From positions 591-64,590 of the forward strand of contig JACRNW010000016.1 in NCBI GenBank assembly GCA_016214745.1: a DNA stretch of 64,000 bases. The letters are read 5' to 3'. The stretch comes from Candidatus Falkowbacteria bacterium (lineage in GTDB: Bacteria; Patescibacteriota; Patescibacteriia; XYB2-FULL-38-15). The notes below the pieces were generated by a model. That model was not told where the DNA came from. It did not search any database and was given only the letters and a program-made list of their open reading frames with translations. Positions 37,967-47,871 of this stretch are shown here, one piece after another. How positions within the stretch are numbered: position 1 is the stretch's first letter; every line of letters begins with the position of its first letter. The translations under genes and the position numbers were made by a program.

Positions 37967-39442
37967 ATGTATTGGGCCAATTTTTTACACATTTACCAGC
38001 CGCCGAACCAAATGCCGGATATTTTGGAAAGAATTGTAAATGAAAGTTATCGAAAACTTATTGCCGGTCTTTTGGCTAATCCCGGCGCCAAAATTACTTT
38101 AAACATCAACGCGGGCCTGACCGAACAGTTGGATGAGCACGGCTACACGGACGTTATCACCAACTTAAAAAAACTCGCCGAGCGCGGCCAAATTGAATTT
38201 ACTGAGAGCGCCAAATATCATCCCTTTATGCCGCTTACGCCCTGGGAAGAAGATGGGAGACAAATAAAGTTAAACCGGGAAACTAATCAATTTTATTTCG
38301 GCAAAAGCTACAAACCCAAAGGATTTTTTCCGCCGGAGATGGCCTACAGCCGAAAAGTTGCGGACCTCGTCGCCTCGCAAGGTTATAAATGGCTCGTGGT
38401 TGACGAAATTGCTTATAACGGCAAAGCGGAAACCGTTGATTATGGAAAAGTGTATACCGTGAAAGGTCTTGCCGACTTCAAGGTTTTCTTTCGCGACCGG
38501 CGGATAAGTAATTTGATTATGGGCGCCGTGGTTCGTTCTGGAAAAACTCTTCTTGAAGCGGTCGGCGAAGAAAAAGAAAAAAATCGCTACTTGCTCACCG
38601 CCATGGATGGAGAAACCTTCGGCCATCATCGCCCCGGGCTTGATAAATTATTCTTTGAAATTTTGTCATCGCCCAAATTTAAAAAAATTACCGTCTCGGA
38701 AATTGCCGAAAAATTTTCCGACGAAGAAATAGTTGATCCGGTTGACTCAACCTGGGCCTCTTCGGAAGAAGATATCCGTCGGGGCGCGCAATTTCTTTCC
38801 TGGAACGATCCGGAAAATGCAATCCATGGCTGGCAATGGGAATTTACAAGTCTTGTTTTAAAAATCGTGGAAAAACTTGATCCTAAAAAACCATATTACA
38901 AAACCGTTCGGGATAAAATGGACCGCGCCCTCCACTCCTGCCAATATTGGTGGGCGAGCGCCAAACCTTGGTGGTCGCTTGAAATGATTGAAGGCGGCGC
39001 CTGGAGATTGATTGATGTTTTGCGTTCTATCCCGGACCTAAACGAGGAAGATCTAAAAAAGGGAGACGACCTTTACCAACGCATAGTTTTGAAAGCTTTT
39101 GAGTGGCAGAGAACCGGCTACATCAGAAAATTAGCCGAATCACAAAGACAATGGATTAAAATTCCTTTTAAGGAACGCGCCAAACCCGGCGAACTTCCCG
39201 CGTTTCTTCGAGCCATGAAACAAGAAATGGAAAAGGCGGCGAAAAATAAAGAGTTTGAAAAATCTATTCTTTGGCGCGACGCGATTAATAAAATTAACGA
39301 AGGAACGGATATTTACGACGCGGTTCATGTGGTGGATCAGTTGCGAGCCGCCGTTTCGCATCAAGAACTTGAAAGATTAGTTAAAAAATATAAACAAAGT
39401 TATAAAAAAATGCGCGGCGGACAACCGGAACAGCGAGGTTAG
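37967..39442 (+). CDS. glycoside hydrolase family 57 protein with C-terminal UvrB/UvrC-type coiled-coil motif
   Basis: HIYQPP, GFFPPEMAY, DGETFGHH; tail LRAMKQEMEKAAKNKEFEKSILWRDAI. Confidence 0.85.
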   Translation: MYWANFLHIYQPPNQMPDILERIVNESYRKLIAGLLANPGAKITLNINAGLTEQLDEHGYTDVITNLKKLAERGQIEFTESAKYHPFMPLTPWEEDGRQIKLNRETNQFYFGKSYKPKGFFPPEMAYSRKVADLVASQGYKWLVVDEIAYNGKAETVDYGKVYTVKGLADFKVFFRDRRISNLIMGAVVRSGKTLLEAVGEEKEKNRYLLTAMDGETFGHHRPGLDKLFFEILSSPKFKKITVSEIAEKFSDEEIVDPVDSTWASSEEDIRRGAQFLSWNDPENAIHGWQWEFTSLVLKIVEKLDPKKPYYKTVRDKMDRALHSCQYWWASAKPWWSLEMIEGGAWRLIDVLRSIPDLNEEDLKKGDDLYQRIVLKAFEWQRTGYIRKLAESQRQWIKIPFKERAKPGELPAFLRAMKQEMEKAAKNKEFEKSILWRDAINKINEGTDIYDAVHVVDQLRAAVSHQELERLVKKYKQSYKKMRGGQPEQRG

Positions 39443-39456
39443 CCCCGGCAAAATTT

Positions 39457-40533
39457 ATGCCCCATCAAAAAAATAAAATATTATTAAACCAAAAATGGGC
39501 GGCTGAATTTATTGCCTCCCGTTTTAAAAAATACTGGCCCGAGGCTGAAAAAGTTTTAGCCGTTAAGATAGATATCCTAAAAAATTTCTTGGGTTATCTG
39601 CGTTTTACTCTGCGCTACAGAATTTTTATCAAAAATAACCGCGGAAAAATTGAAGAAAAGAATGTTATTATTAAAACCGAACAGCCAAAGCGCTTTGCCT
39701 GGCCGCCGCGAATCGGCACGGTGGAAAAAGATTTTTTGGCGACCCAGTTTCTCGTAAAAAACGGCTTGGGCGACCTCCTGCCTCACCCGCTGGAATTTTA
39801 TGCTCCGCTTTGGGCTTATCTCTACGAAGAAGTGCGCGGCACAACATTGAAAAATTTCGTGCAAACGGAAACTTGGCGAAGCGACCGCTTTTTTAAAAAT
39901 ATTCCTGCGATAATTCGTACCCTGAAAAAAATCCACGCCATAAAGAAAAAACCGCGCTTTGCAAACGGCAATCATAAAAAAACTATTAAAAACGTATTTG
40001 TTGAGTGGCTTGGCCTTATCAAAAAATATTATCCCGCCGGGCTTTCCCGCGCCGAAAAAATCGTCGGATCGCTACAAAAACTTGAAAAAAAATACCAGAA
40101 CATTCTTTTTAATCCAAAAACTTATCGCGTCACCCATGGAGATTTCCAAAGTGACAACGTTATCGAGGGCGAAGACGGAAAAATTATTTTTATTGATTTC
40201 GCCGATTGCAAATTTTTTAACCCCCTGGACGATCTGGCTTCTTTTCTTGTCCAGGCGGAAATGCATTTTAAATACGTTCGGCCCAAAAACTCCAGGGCGC
40301 TGACACAGAAACTCAAAAAATTAACTTACGCCGCGTATTTTGGAAAAAAAATGAAACCGCGCGACGCCCTGCAGATAGATTTTTTCGCGGCGAAAGACAC
40401 TTTGCGCATTATTACTTTCATTTCCTTCACGCTCCGCGCCTGGCAGACAATTCACGACCACAATAAAATGACCGATTCACTTCTGACTTTTGCCGAGGAA
40501 AAAATCAAAACTCTTGAGAAAAAATATTTATGA
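39457..40533 (+). CDS. aminoglycoside-phosphotransferase/choline-kinase-like protein
   Basis: THGDFQSDNV and IFIDF catalytic motifs, DLASF. Confidence 0.8.
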   Translation: MPHQKNKILLNQKWAAEFIASRFKKYWPEAEKVLAVKIDILKNFLGYLRFTLRYRIFIKNNRGKIEEKNVIIKTEQPKRFAWPPRIGTVEKDFLATQFLVKNGLGDLLPHPLEFYAPLWAYLYEEVRGTTLKNFVQTETWRSDRFFKNIPAIIRTLKKIHAIKKKPRFANGNHKKTIKNVFVEWLGLIKKYYPAGLSRAEKIVGSLQKLEKKYQNILFNPKTYRVTHGDFQSDNVIEGEDGKIIFIDFADCKFFNPLDDLASFLVQAEMHFKYVRPKNSRALTQKLKKLTYAAYFGKKMKPRDALQIDFFAAKDTLRIITFISFTLRAWQTIHDHNKMTDSLLTFAEEKIKTLEKKYL

Positions 40534-41420
40534 AATACATTGACCTCCAAATTCACTCAGTCTATTCCGAGGGCGACCTTTTGCCGCGGCAAATTATTGA
40601 GCGGGCTCTAAAGGAAAACCTCGCCGTAATTTCCCTGACCGACCATAACGTCATAGAGGGAGCGGAAGAAATTATAAAACTCGGAGAAAAAGAAAAAATT
40701 ACGGTTCTTCCGGGAGTGGAAATTTATACCGAATTTTCCGGCAAGCGCTTACATCTTTTGGGCTATAATTTCAATTTGGAAGATAAGGCGTTAAACGATC
40801 TGCTCTGGCAATCGCAAGTTCATCATTTGGAATGGGCGAAAAGATCTTTAAAAAAAATGGCTGACCTTGGTTTTAAAATTGATTTTCTTGATTTAGATAA
40901 ATTAAAATCAAAATATTGCGGTTTTCGCCACCTGAAAACCATTGTGGAAAAATATGATGACAATGTGCGAAAAATGATTGCGGAAATCAAGCCGCAATTC
41001 GGCGAGCCGACTTTGTTTGAATTTATAAATTTTTATTTTGCTGAAGGAAAACCGGCTTATGTTCCGGAAATAAATATGCCGATTGACACGGCCGAGACGA
41101 TAAAAACCATCACCGCCGCCGGCGGCCTTCCGGTCTTAGCCCATCCCGGCCAACAACTTTCCTGGCAAGACGATCATCTTGTAGCCGAATTAAAAAATGC
41201 TGGACTGCGAGGTCTTGAAGTTTTCTCGCCGTATCATAATTGGCACCAGATGGAACATTATCAAAAATTAGCCAATGATTTAGATTTAGTTCCGACCGGC
41301 GGCACTGATTTTCACGGCGATCTTCGCGACCCAACCTTAAAACATCAATTTGTCCACAGCGCCTGGGATTATTTCAAAATTCCTTACGCCGTTTATGAAA
41401 ATCTGAAAAAACATTTATAA
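40530..41420 (+). CDS. PHP-domain phosphoesterase
   Basis: DLQIHS..S.G, SLTDHN, GVEI, HLLGY, LAHP, TGGTDFHG. Confidence 0.88.
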   Translation: MKYIDLQIHSVYSEGDLLPRQIIERALKENLAVISLTDHNVIEGAEEIIKLGEKEKITVLPGVEIYTEFSGKRLHLLGYNFNLEDKALNDLLWQSQVHHLEWAKRSLKKMADLGFKIDFLDLDKLKSKYCGFRHLKTIVEKYDDNVRKMIAEIKPQFGEPTLFEFINFYFAEGKPAYVPEINMPIDTAETIKTITAAGGLPVLAHPGQQLSWQDDHLVAELKNAGLRGLEVFSPYHNWHQMEHYQKLANDLDLVPTGGTDFHGDLRDPTLKHQFVHSAWDYFKIPYAVYENLKKHL

Positions 41421-41484
41421 AAAATAAATCTGCGGATCGGTCTTTGCCAAAAGGCCGATTTTTTGTTAGAATTAAGTAAAATTT

Positions 41485-42387
41485 ATGAACAAATACATTA
41501 TCGGCCTGGACCTCGGCGGGACGAAAATCGCCGCCGGCGCGGTGGACACTCGCGGCAAAGTTATCAAAAAAATAACTCTTCCGACCGAAGCCCGCCGCGG
41601 CAAAAAAATAATCCTAAAAAACATTCTCGCGGCCGCGAGTAAAGTTTGGCTGCCGGGAGTAAAAGCTGTCGGCGTCGCCATGGCTGGCCAGTGCGATTTT
41701 AAAAACGGCGTTTTTGTTTCCGGGCCGAATTTTCCAAAAAATTTTAAAAATATTAAAATCGGAAAATTTTTGAAAGAAAACTTCCGCGTGCCCGTTTACC
41801 TGGATAACGACGCCCGCACCTTTACTTTGGCTGAGGCGATTTTTGGCGCTGGCCGAGGTTTTAAAAATATTATTGGCATCACTCTTGGTACGGGAATTGG
41901 CGGTGGGATTGTGATAAACGGCCAACTGATTCGCGGAAAAAATAATACGGCCGGCGAACTCGGCCATATGACGCTTGACATCTCCTCGCCATACCGCTGC
42001 AGTTGCGGTCGATTTGGCCACTTTGAAGCCCTCGCCTCAGGCACGGCGTTGGAAAATTTCTACAAAAAGTTATCCGGAAAATTTTTACCGGGCCCGGAAA
42101 TCGCCAAAAATATTTTGGCCAAAGATAAAAATGCCAAGCAGGCCGTTGCCCAACTCGGAAAATTTTTAGGCCTTGGTTTGGCCAACCTCGCCCAGCTTTT
42201 AGATCCGGATTTAATCGTAATTGGCGGCGGATTAAGCAATACTCCGGCCCTCTGGCCTGCCGCTTTACAGGAATTCAAAAAGGGAGTAATATATAAGTCG
42301 CTTAAAAACACAAAAATAGTTAGAGCCAAACTCAAAGATGACGCAGGAATTATCGGCGCGGCGTTACTGCCCGATATTAGATATTAG
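41485..42387 (+). CDS. ROK family sugar kinase (glucokinase-like)
   Basis: GLDLGGTK, NDA, GTGIGGG, GELGH, CSCG..GHFE. Confidence 0.9.
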   Translation: MNKYIIGLDLGGTKIAAGAVDTRGKVIKKITLPTEARRGKKIILKNILAAASKVWLPGVKAVGVAMAGQCDFKNGVFVSGPNFPKNFKNIKIGKFLKENFRVPVYLDNDARTFTLAEAIFGAGRGFKNIIGITLGTGIGGGIVINGQLIRGKNNTAGELGHMTLDISSPYRCSCGRFGHFEALASGTALENFYKKLSGKFLPGPEIAKNILAKDKNAKQAVAQLGKFLGLGLANLAQLLDPDLIVIGGGLSNTPALWPAALQEFKKGVIYKSLKNTKIVRAKLKDDAGIIGAALLPDIRY

Positions 42388-42444
42388 ATATTTGCTATTC
42401 GTTTTCAGCCTAATATCCAATATCTAATAGCGAATATCCTTTAT

Positions 42445-45400
42445 ATGTCTCTTGCCCACAAAACTCAATCGCCAAAAAATTGGAGAGAAAGACCTTCTCG
42501 CCGGATTTTTGATAAATTAAAACTTGGAAAAGTAAAAGAATTTTTCGCGAATCTTTTAAATTCCATAAAAAGCAAATGGCCGAAAAATTTAGCAGAGACC
42601 GCGCCGCGGCCGAACGACGCTCCTCTCGCCCCCCTTGCCCCGCCCACTCCGTCTTCCGCCAACACAAGCAACTTTTTTTCTAAAATATTTCAAAAAATCA
42701 TTTTTATGGCAAAAAATCTTCGCTACCGAGTGAGAAGCCGCCGCCGCAAACTTGGATGGAACAAAATAGTTGGTTACGGCATCGCCGGCATTTTATTTTT
42801 AGTTTTAATTTTCGGTATTATGGGTGTCGCCTCGCTGGCCTGGTTTTCCCGCGACCTGCCTGATCCGGATAAATTGCTTGACCGCCAGGTGGCGCAAAGC
42901 ACGAAAATTTACGACCGCACCGGCGAGCACGTGCTTTATGAAATTTACAGCGACCAAAAACGCACCATGATTGAATTGACCGACATTCCGGAATACGTAA
43001 AACAAGCGACCATTGTCGCCGAAGACCGCGGCTTCTATACCCATCACGGTTTTGATTGGAAGGGCATTCTTCGTTCGGTTTGGGTAGACATTTTCAAGGG
43101 CCAAAAAGTCGGCGGCTCCACTATTACCCAGCAACTCGTGAAAAACGCCATTCTCTCTCCGGAAAAAACTTTTACCAGAAAATTCAAAGAACTGGCGCTT
43201 TCCATTCAGATTGAAAGAAAATTTACCAAAGACCAGATTTTAAAAATGTATTTTAATGAAATTCCTTACGGCTCAACCGCTTACGGCATCCAATCCGCGG
43301 CCCAAACTTATTTTGGGAAAAACGCCAAAGACCTGGATTTGGCCGAAGCGGCGCTCTTGGCCGCCGTGCCGAAAGCCCCAACCTATTACTCTCCCCGCGG
43401 CAGCCACACCGACGATCTGCTCTCCCGGCAAAAATATATTTTAGACGGCATGGTTGAAGAAGGTTATGTGAATAAAGATGAGGCCGAAGCGGCAAAAAAT
43501 GTTGATATTCTCGCCAGGGTTATTGATAAAAAAGAATCAATCACCGCGCCGCATTTCGTAATGTACGTCAAAGAATTACTGACGGAAAAATACGGAGAAA
43601 AAGTCGTGGAACAAGGCGGCCTCAAAGTTTACACCACGCTTGATTTTGATAAACAAAAATTCGCCGAAGAAGCCGTCACAGAAAATACTGAAAAAAATTC
43701 CACGAAGTACAACGCCTGGAACGCCGCGCTTGTGGCCATTGATCCGAAGACCGGACAAATTTTGGCTATGGTCGGCTCAAAAGATTATTTTGGCGAACCG
43801 GAACCAGAAGGCTGCGATCCGGGTTTGAACTGCAAATTTGAACCGAACGTGAATGTCTCGCTTCGGCTCCGCCAGCCCGGCTCTTCTTTCAAACCGATTG
43901 TTTACGCCACGGCATATCAGAAAGGTTTTACTCCGGAAACCATGCTTTTTGATTTAGTCACGACTTTTAAAACTGATACTAAAGATTACATCCCGCATAA
44001 TTATGATGACAAAGAACACGGCCCGGTTTCCATGCGGTCCGCGATGGCTGGTTCACTGAATATTCCGGCCGTGAAAACTTTGTACCTTGCCGGAATTGAT
44101 AATGTTTTAAATTTGGCGCAAGCCATGGGTTACACAACACTTAATGATCGCTCGCGCTTTGGCCTGTCGCTCGTTTTGGGCGGCGGCGAAGTGCGGCTTT
44201 TGGAACACACTGCGGCTTTCGGCGTTTTCGCGGCTGACGGAAAATTGCACGAAACCACACCGATTTTAAAAATTGAAGATGCAAAAGGACAAGTCCTTGA
44301 AGAATGGAAAGAAGATGCCGGCAAAGAAGTAATGTCAGTGCAAACCGCGCGGCAGATTCAGAGCATAATGTCTGACGATGCGGCCCGCGCCTATATTTTC
44401 GGCGCGCGAGGCCCGCTTACTCTTCCCGACCGGCCGGTCGGAGCTAAAACCGGTACGACAAACGACTGGCGCGACGGCTGGACCATGGGTTATACTCCGT
44501 CACTCGTCGCCGGCGTTTGGGCGGGCAATAACGACAACAAAGAAATGAAACGCGGCGCTGACGGCGTCTTTGTCGCCGCTCCGATCTGGAATGCGTTTAT
44601 GAAAAAGGCGCTCAAGGATACGCCGGTTGAGTATTTTACTCAGCCTAAACCGACTGAAACTAACAAACCAATTCTAAAAGGAGAAATCGGACCGGAGACC
44701 ATCGTAAGAATTGATAAACTCTCGGGAAAACTCGCCACGGAATTTACTCCGCCGACTTATATCGTAGAAAAAAAATTCCGCGAAGTTCATACCATTTTAT
44801 TTTATGTGAATAAAGATAATCCAAACGGCCCGCCGCCGGAAAATCCCGCGGCTGATCCGCAGTTCGCGAGTTGGGACGCGCCGATTCAAAAATGGGCTGA
44901 AGAACAAGGATATACAATTGATACCCAGCAAATTCCGTCTGGCTACGATGATGTTCATTTGCCGCAAAACAAACCAACCGTCTCTATCCTTTCCCCCAAC
45001 GCGAACGCCACGATAAATTCGCGCGAAACCACGGCTTCGGTTTCAGTTTCCGCCCCGCGCGGCATAATTTCTCGCGTAGAATATTTTGTTGACGGACAAA
45101 AAGTTGGAATGTCCAATACCGCGCCGTACACCGCGACGCTCTTGATTCCAAATTCTATTGGCAACGGCTTTCATACTTTGCGCGCCACGGCTTACGACGA
45201 TATTGATGATTTCAATTCCGCGGAAGTTAATTTTAATCTTCTGGCGGAAAAATTGCCGCCGCAAATTAATTTCACGGCACCGCGAAACAATTCGTCTTTT
45301 TACGCTTCAATGTTTCCGCTCACGATTACTGCTTCAACATCTGACTTATCTTCCATCGCTGAAATTTCTTTCTTCGCGAAAGGTCCCGGCGGGCCGGAAC

Positions 45401-45552
45401 TCTTAAAAACTTATTCCGCGCCGTCTGAAGACACTTTCACTTTCCGCTGGACTTCGGCGCCTCACACCGGCGACTTCCAACTCTACGCGGAGGTTACGGA
45501 CAAAGACGGCACCACAACCCGCAGCCGTCCAATCTCCGTGACGGTGTTGTAA
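42445..45552 (+). CDS. class A penicillin-binding protein (PBP1A family) with C-terminal Ig-like domains; the true start may be 42707
   Basis: Transglycosylase EDRGFY.HHG, GGSTITQQLVKN; transpeptidase RQPGSSFKP, SLN, KTGT; C-terminal VEYFVDG Ig-like repeats. Confidence 0.92.
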   Translation: MSLAHKTQSPKNWRERPSRRIFDKLKLGKVKEFFANLLNSIKSKWPKNLAETAPRPNDAPLAPLAPPTPSSANTSNFFSKIFQKIIFMAKNLRYRVRSRRRKLGWNKIVGYGIAGILFLVLIFGIMGVASLAWFSRDLPDPDKLLDRQVAQSTKIYDRTGEHVLYEIYSDQKRTMIELTDIPEYVKQATIVAEDRGFYTHHGFDWKGILRSVWVDIFKGQKVGGSTITQQLVKNAILSPEKTFTRKFKELALSIQIERKFTKDQILKMYFNEIPYGSTAYGIQSAAQTYFGKNAKDLDLAEAALLAAVPKAPTYYSPRGSHTDDLLSRQKYILDGMVEEGYVNKDEAEAAKNVDILARVIDKKESITAPHFVMYVKELLTEKYGEKVVEQGGLKVYTTLDFDKQKFAEEAVTENTEKNSTKYNAWNAALVAIDPKTGQILAMVGSKDYFGEPEPEGCDPGLNCKFEPNVNVSLRLRQPGSSFKPIVYATAYQKGFTPETMLFDLVTTFKTDTKDYIPHNYDDKEHGPVSMRSAMAGSLNIPAVKTLYLAGIDNVLNLAQAMGYTTLNDRSRFGLSLVLGGGEVRLLEHTAAFGVFAADGKLHETTPILKIEDAKGQVLEEWKEDAGKEVMSVQTARQIQSIMSDDAARAYIFGARGPLTLPDRPVGAKTGTTNDWRDGWTMGYTPSLVAGVWAGNNDNKEMKRGADGVFVAAPIWNAFMKKALKDTPVEYFTQPKPTETNKPILKGEIGPETIVRIDKLSGKLATEFTPPTYIVEKKFREVHTILFYVNKDNPNGPPPENPAADPQFASWDAPIQKWAEEQGYTIDTQQIPSGYDDVHLPQNKPTVSILSPNANATINSRETTASVSVSAPRGIISRVEYFVDGQKVGMSNTAPYTATLLIPNSIGNGFHTLRATAYDDIDDFNSAEVNFNLLAEKLPPQINFTAPRNNSSFYASMFPLTITASTSDLSSIAEISFFAKGPGGPELLKTYSAPSEDTFTFRWTSAPHTGDFQLYAEVTDKDGTTTRSRPISVTVL

Positions 45553-46096
45553 AAATATGACAAACTCCAATTTCCCTCTACCCTTCGGGGGGACAGAAAA
45601 AATAAAAAACACAGCGCCTAGTTCCCTCTACCCTTTGGGGAGAGGGTTAGGGTGAGGGGGCAAGAGGAGGGACAATGAAAAGAAACAATATCCCAAAATG
45701 CCGAACGCTACGGAGAAATCAAACCGACGCCGAGCGAAAATTATGGTCAGCAATCCGCGATCGCCAACTTGGTGGAATAAAATTTAGAAGACAATTTCCC
45801 GTTGATAAATACATTCTAGATTTTTACGCGCCGGAATATCACCTCGGCGTTGAGGCCGACGGCGGGCAGCATTTTGAAAACCCGAGCCAGAAATACGATG
45901 AAACAAGAACAACGGAATTAGCCAAACACGGAGTACGGATATTAAGATTTACCAATTTAGAAATATTAAAAAACCTGCGAGGAGTTTGTGAAAAGATTCT
46001 GGAAGTTACAAAAGAGCAAACCCCCTCACCTCAATCCTCTCCCCGGCGGGGAGAGGAGGAATAATCGCCGCCCAATTCCGTGACGGTGTTGTAAAA
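45524..46096. mobile_element. putative small mobile unit: DUF559 nuclease with palindromic flanks bounded by a direct repeat of the PBP 3' end
   Basis: TCCGTGACGGTGTTGTAAAA at 45535-45554 and 46077-46096; CCCTCT..GGGGAGAGG palindromes on both sides. Confidence 0.55.
45675..46064 (+). CDS. DUF559 / Vsr-like endonuclease-domain protein
   Basis: LRRNQTDAERKLW..IR, KFRRQFP, YILDFY, VEADGGQH, D..RT..L...G.RILRF.N. Confidence 0.9.
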   Translation: MKRNNIPKCRTLRRNQTDAERKLWSAIRDRQLGGIKFRRQFPVDKYILDFYAPEYHLGVEADGGQHFENPSQKYDETRTTELAKHGVRILRFTNLEILKNLRGVCEKILEVTKEQTPSPQSSPRRGEEE

Positions 46097-46132
46097 GACA
46101 GAAAATTTTAATTAATAATTAACCATAAAACT

Positions 46133-46339
46133 ATGAGTACATTTGAATCAATAATACTCATCGTCGCACTCTTCTTTGGTATTTTGGCATATCTAAATTG
46201 CAGAAGACTTAAAAAAAGATTTGATATCGTAGAAAGAATGCTCGAATGGAAAAATATTTTAAATTTGGAGGAAAAAAGATGGGATAATTTACCAGACGAA
46301 GTTAAAAGAGACATCAAAGAGCGAAATAAGGGGCTTTAA
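46133..46339 (+). CDS. small membrane-anchored hypothetical protein
   Basis: 68-aa AT-rich ORF with N-terminal TM. Confidence 0.55.
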   Translation: MSTFESIILIVALFFGILAYLNCRRLKKRFDIVERMLEWKNILNLEEKRWDNLPDEVKRDIKERNKGL

Positions 46340-46344
46340 TTAAT

Positions 46345-46956
46345 ATGAAAGACGAGATTTACGTGAAATGCAAAAATGATAAGGCTTACTCACCAATAGG
46401 AGTGAGAAATCTCATCGCACAAGCCGAAAAAGAAAATGACGGCGATCTTCAAGCCGTTCTAGACAACAAACACAAATATAAAAATTTATGGGAGATGTGG
46501 CATGGACATTTTTTTGCTCTCGCTCTTTATAAACAGTTTGGTGAGGATTATAAATTCAATCTTTGTATACCCGAAAATGATCCTCCCGATTTATATTTTT
46601 TACAAGCCAATGGAGATGGCGCTTTCCCGGTCGAAATAATGGAATTATACAAGCCCGACGAAAATTTTAAAAACTACACTGACTTAGCAAAACATGTTTG
46701 GAATACAAATGGTCTAATGAATTATGAAACGTGTTATTTATTATTAGCTTCAAGATTAAACACAGACAAATTTAATGTTACAAAATTTATATCTGAAATG
46801 AAAAATTTTGACTGGAAATTTCAGCGAATTTATATATCTTTTTATACAGAGAAAATTTCGCAGTGGACATTCTTTGAGATTTTCCCACCAACCCCGCATA
46901 ACGACAAAAACTTCATGTCTTACAATCTTAACGATGATAAAAAATATTATTATTAA
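46345..46956 (+). CDS. hypothetical protein, possible PD-(D/E)xK-like fold
   Basis: 203-aa AT-rich ORF; DPPDLYF...PVEI motif (weak). Confidence 0.55.
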   Translation: MKDEIYVKCKNDKAYSPIGVRNLIAQAEKENDGDLQAVLDNKHKYKNLWEMWHGHFFALALYKQFGEDYKFNLCIPENDPPDLYFLQANGDGAFPVEIMELYKPDENFKNYTDLAKHVWNTNGLMNYETCYLLLASRLNTDKFNVTKFISEMKNFDWKFQRIYISFYTEKISQWTFFEIFPPTPHNDKNFMSYNLNDDKKYYY

Positions 46957-47779
46957 AAGCTCTGAAAATCTAGAAAAAATAAAATCAGCCATGGCGAAAG
47001 ACGGGCCGGAGAAGTTGCACGTGCTTTCTGATTTTGACCGAACTTTGCTCCGCGCATTTGTGGACGGACAAAAATCTCCGTCGGTAATTGCCCAAATCCG
47101 AAACGGAAAATATTTGACGCCCGACTACGCTCCGCGAGCGCACGCCCTTTTTGATAAATACCGCCCGATTGAACTTGATCCAAACTTAAGCCGCGCGGAA
47201 AAGTCAAAAGCCATGCACGAATGGTGGAGCGAACATTTTAAACTTTTAGCCGAGTCTGGTCTCACAAAACAGGTAATGCAGAAAATCGTGGCCACAAAGA
47301 CTTTGAAGTTCCGTGACGGAGCACTGGAGTTTCTTGATTTTCTGCACGAGCGAAATATTCCGCTTGTCATAATGAGCGGCGCGCCGGGCGATATGATTGC
47401 GATGTACTTGGCGCAAGAGGGCCGGCTTTATGATAATGTCTATATCATCGCCCCATTTTTAGAATTTGATGCCAGCGGAAAAATGATCGGCGTCAAAGAA
47501 CCGATTGTCCACGCCCTAAACAAATACGAAATTATTTTAAAAGACTTCCCTGTTTTTGAAAAAATAAAGAATCGGCAAAATGTTTTACTTTTGGGCGATA
47601 GTCTGGACGATGTTGGAATGGTGGAGGGATTTGATTACAAAAATATGTTGAAGATTGGATTTTTAAATGAAAAAGTTGAAGAAAATTTGGAAAAATTTAA
47701 AGAAACTTTTGACGTCGTCCTTCTCGGCGATCCGGGAATGGAATATATAAATAATTTACTGCGTGAAATGTTTGCCTAA
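46934..47779 (+). CDS. HAD-family pyrimidine 5'-nucleotidase (cN-III/UMPH-1-like)
   Basis: LHVLSDFDRTL, EK.K.M.EWW, LLLGDSLDD..M, LKIGFLN. Confidence 0.8.
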   Translation: MIKNIIIKSSENLEKIKSAMAKDGPEKLHVLSDFDRTLLRAFVDGQKSPSVIAQIRNGKYLTPDYAPRAHALFDKYRPIELDPNLSRAEKSKAMHEWWSEHFKLLAESGLTKQVMQKIVATKTLKFRDGALEFLDFLHERNIPLVIMSGAPGDMIAMYLAQEGRLYDNVYIIAPFLEFDASGKMIGVKEPIVHALNKYEIILKDFPVFEKIKNRQNVLLLGDSLDDVGMVEGFDYKNMLKIGFLNEKVEENLEKFKETFDVVLLGDPGMEYINNLLREMFA

Positions 47780-47790
47780 AAAATATTATC

Positions 47791-47822
47791 AAAAACATCC
47801 GCCAGATCGACGGATGTTTTTT
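47791..47822. terminator. bidirectional terminator
   Basis: AAAAACATCCG-loop-CGGATGTTTTT. Confidence 0.75.
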
Positions 47823-47838
47823 GTTTTATTATTTTTCC

Positions 47839-47863
47839 GGATCCCCGCCTTCGCGGGGATGAC
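47839..47863. repeat. REP/dRS3-like palindrome GGATCCCCGCCTTCGCGGGGATGAC
   Basis: ATCCCCGC-CTTC-GCGGGGAT hairpin with GAC tail, resembling widespread GTCATCCCCGCGAAGGCGGGGATCC repeats. Confidence 0.55.
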
Positions 47864-47871
47864 CCGTGGGG

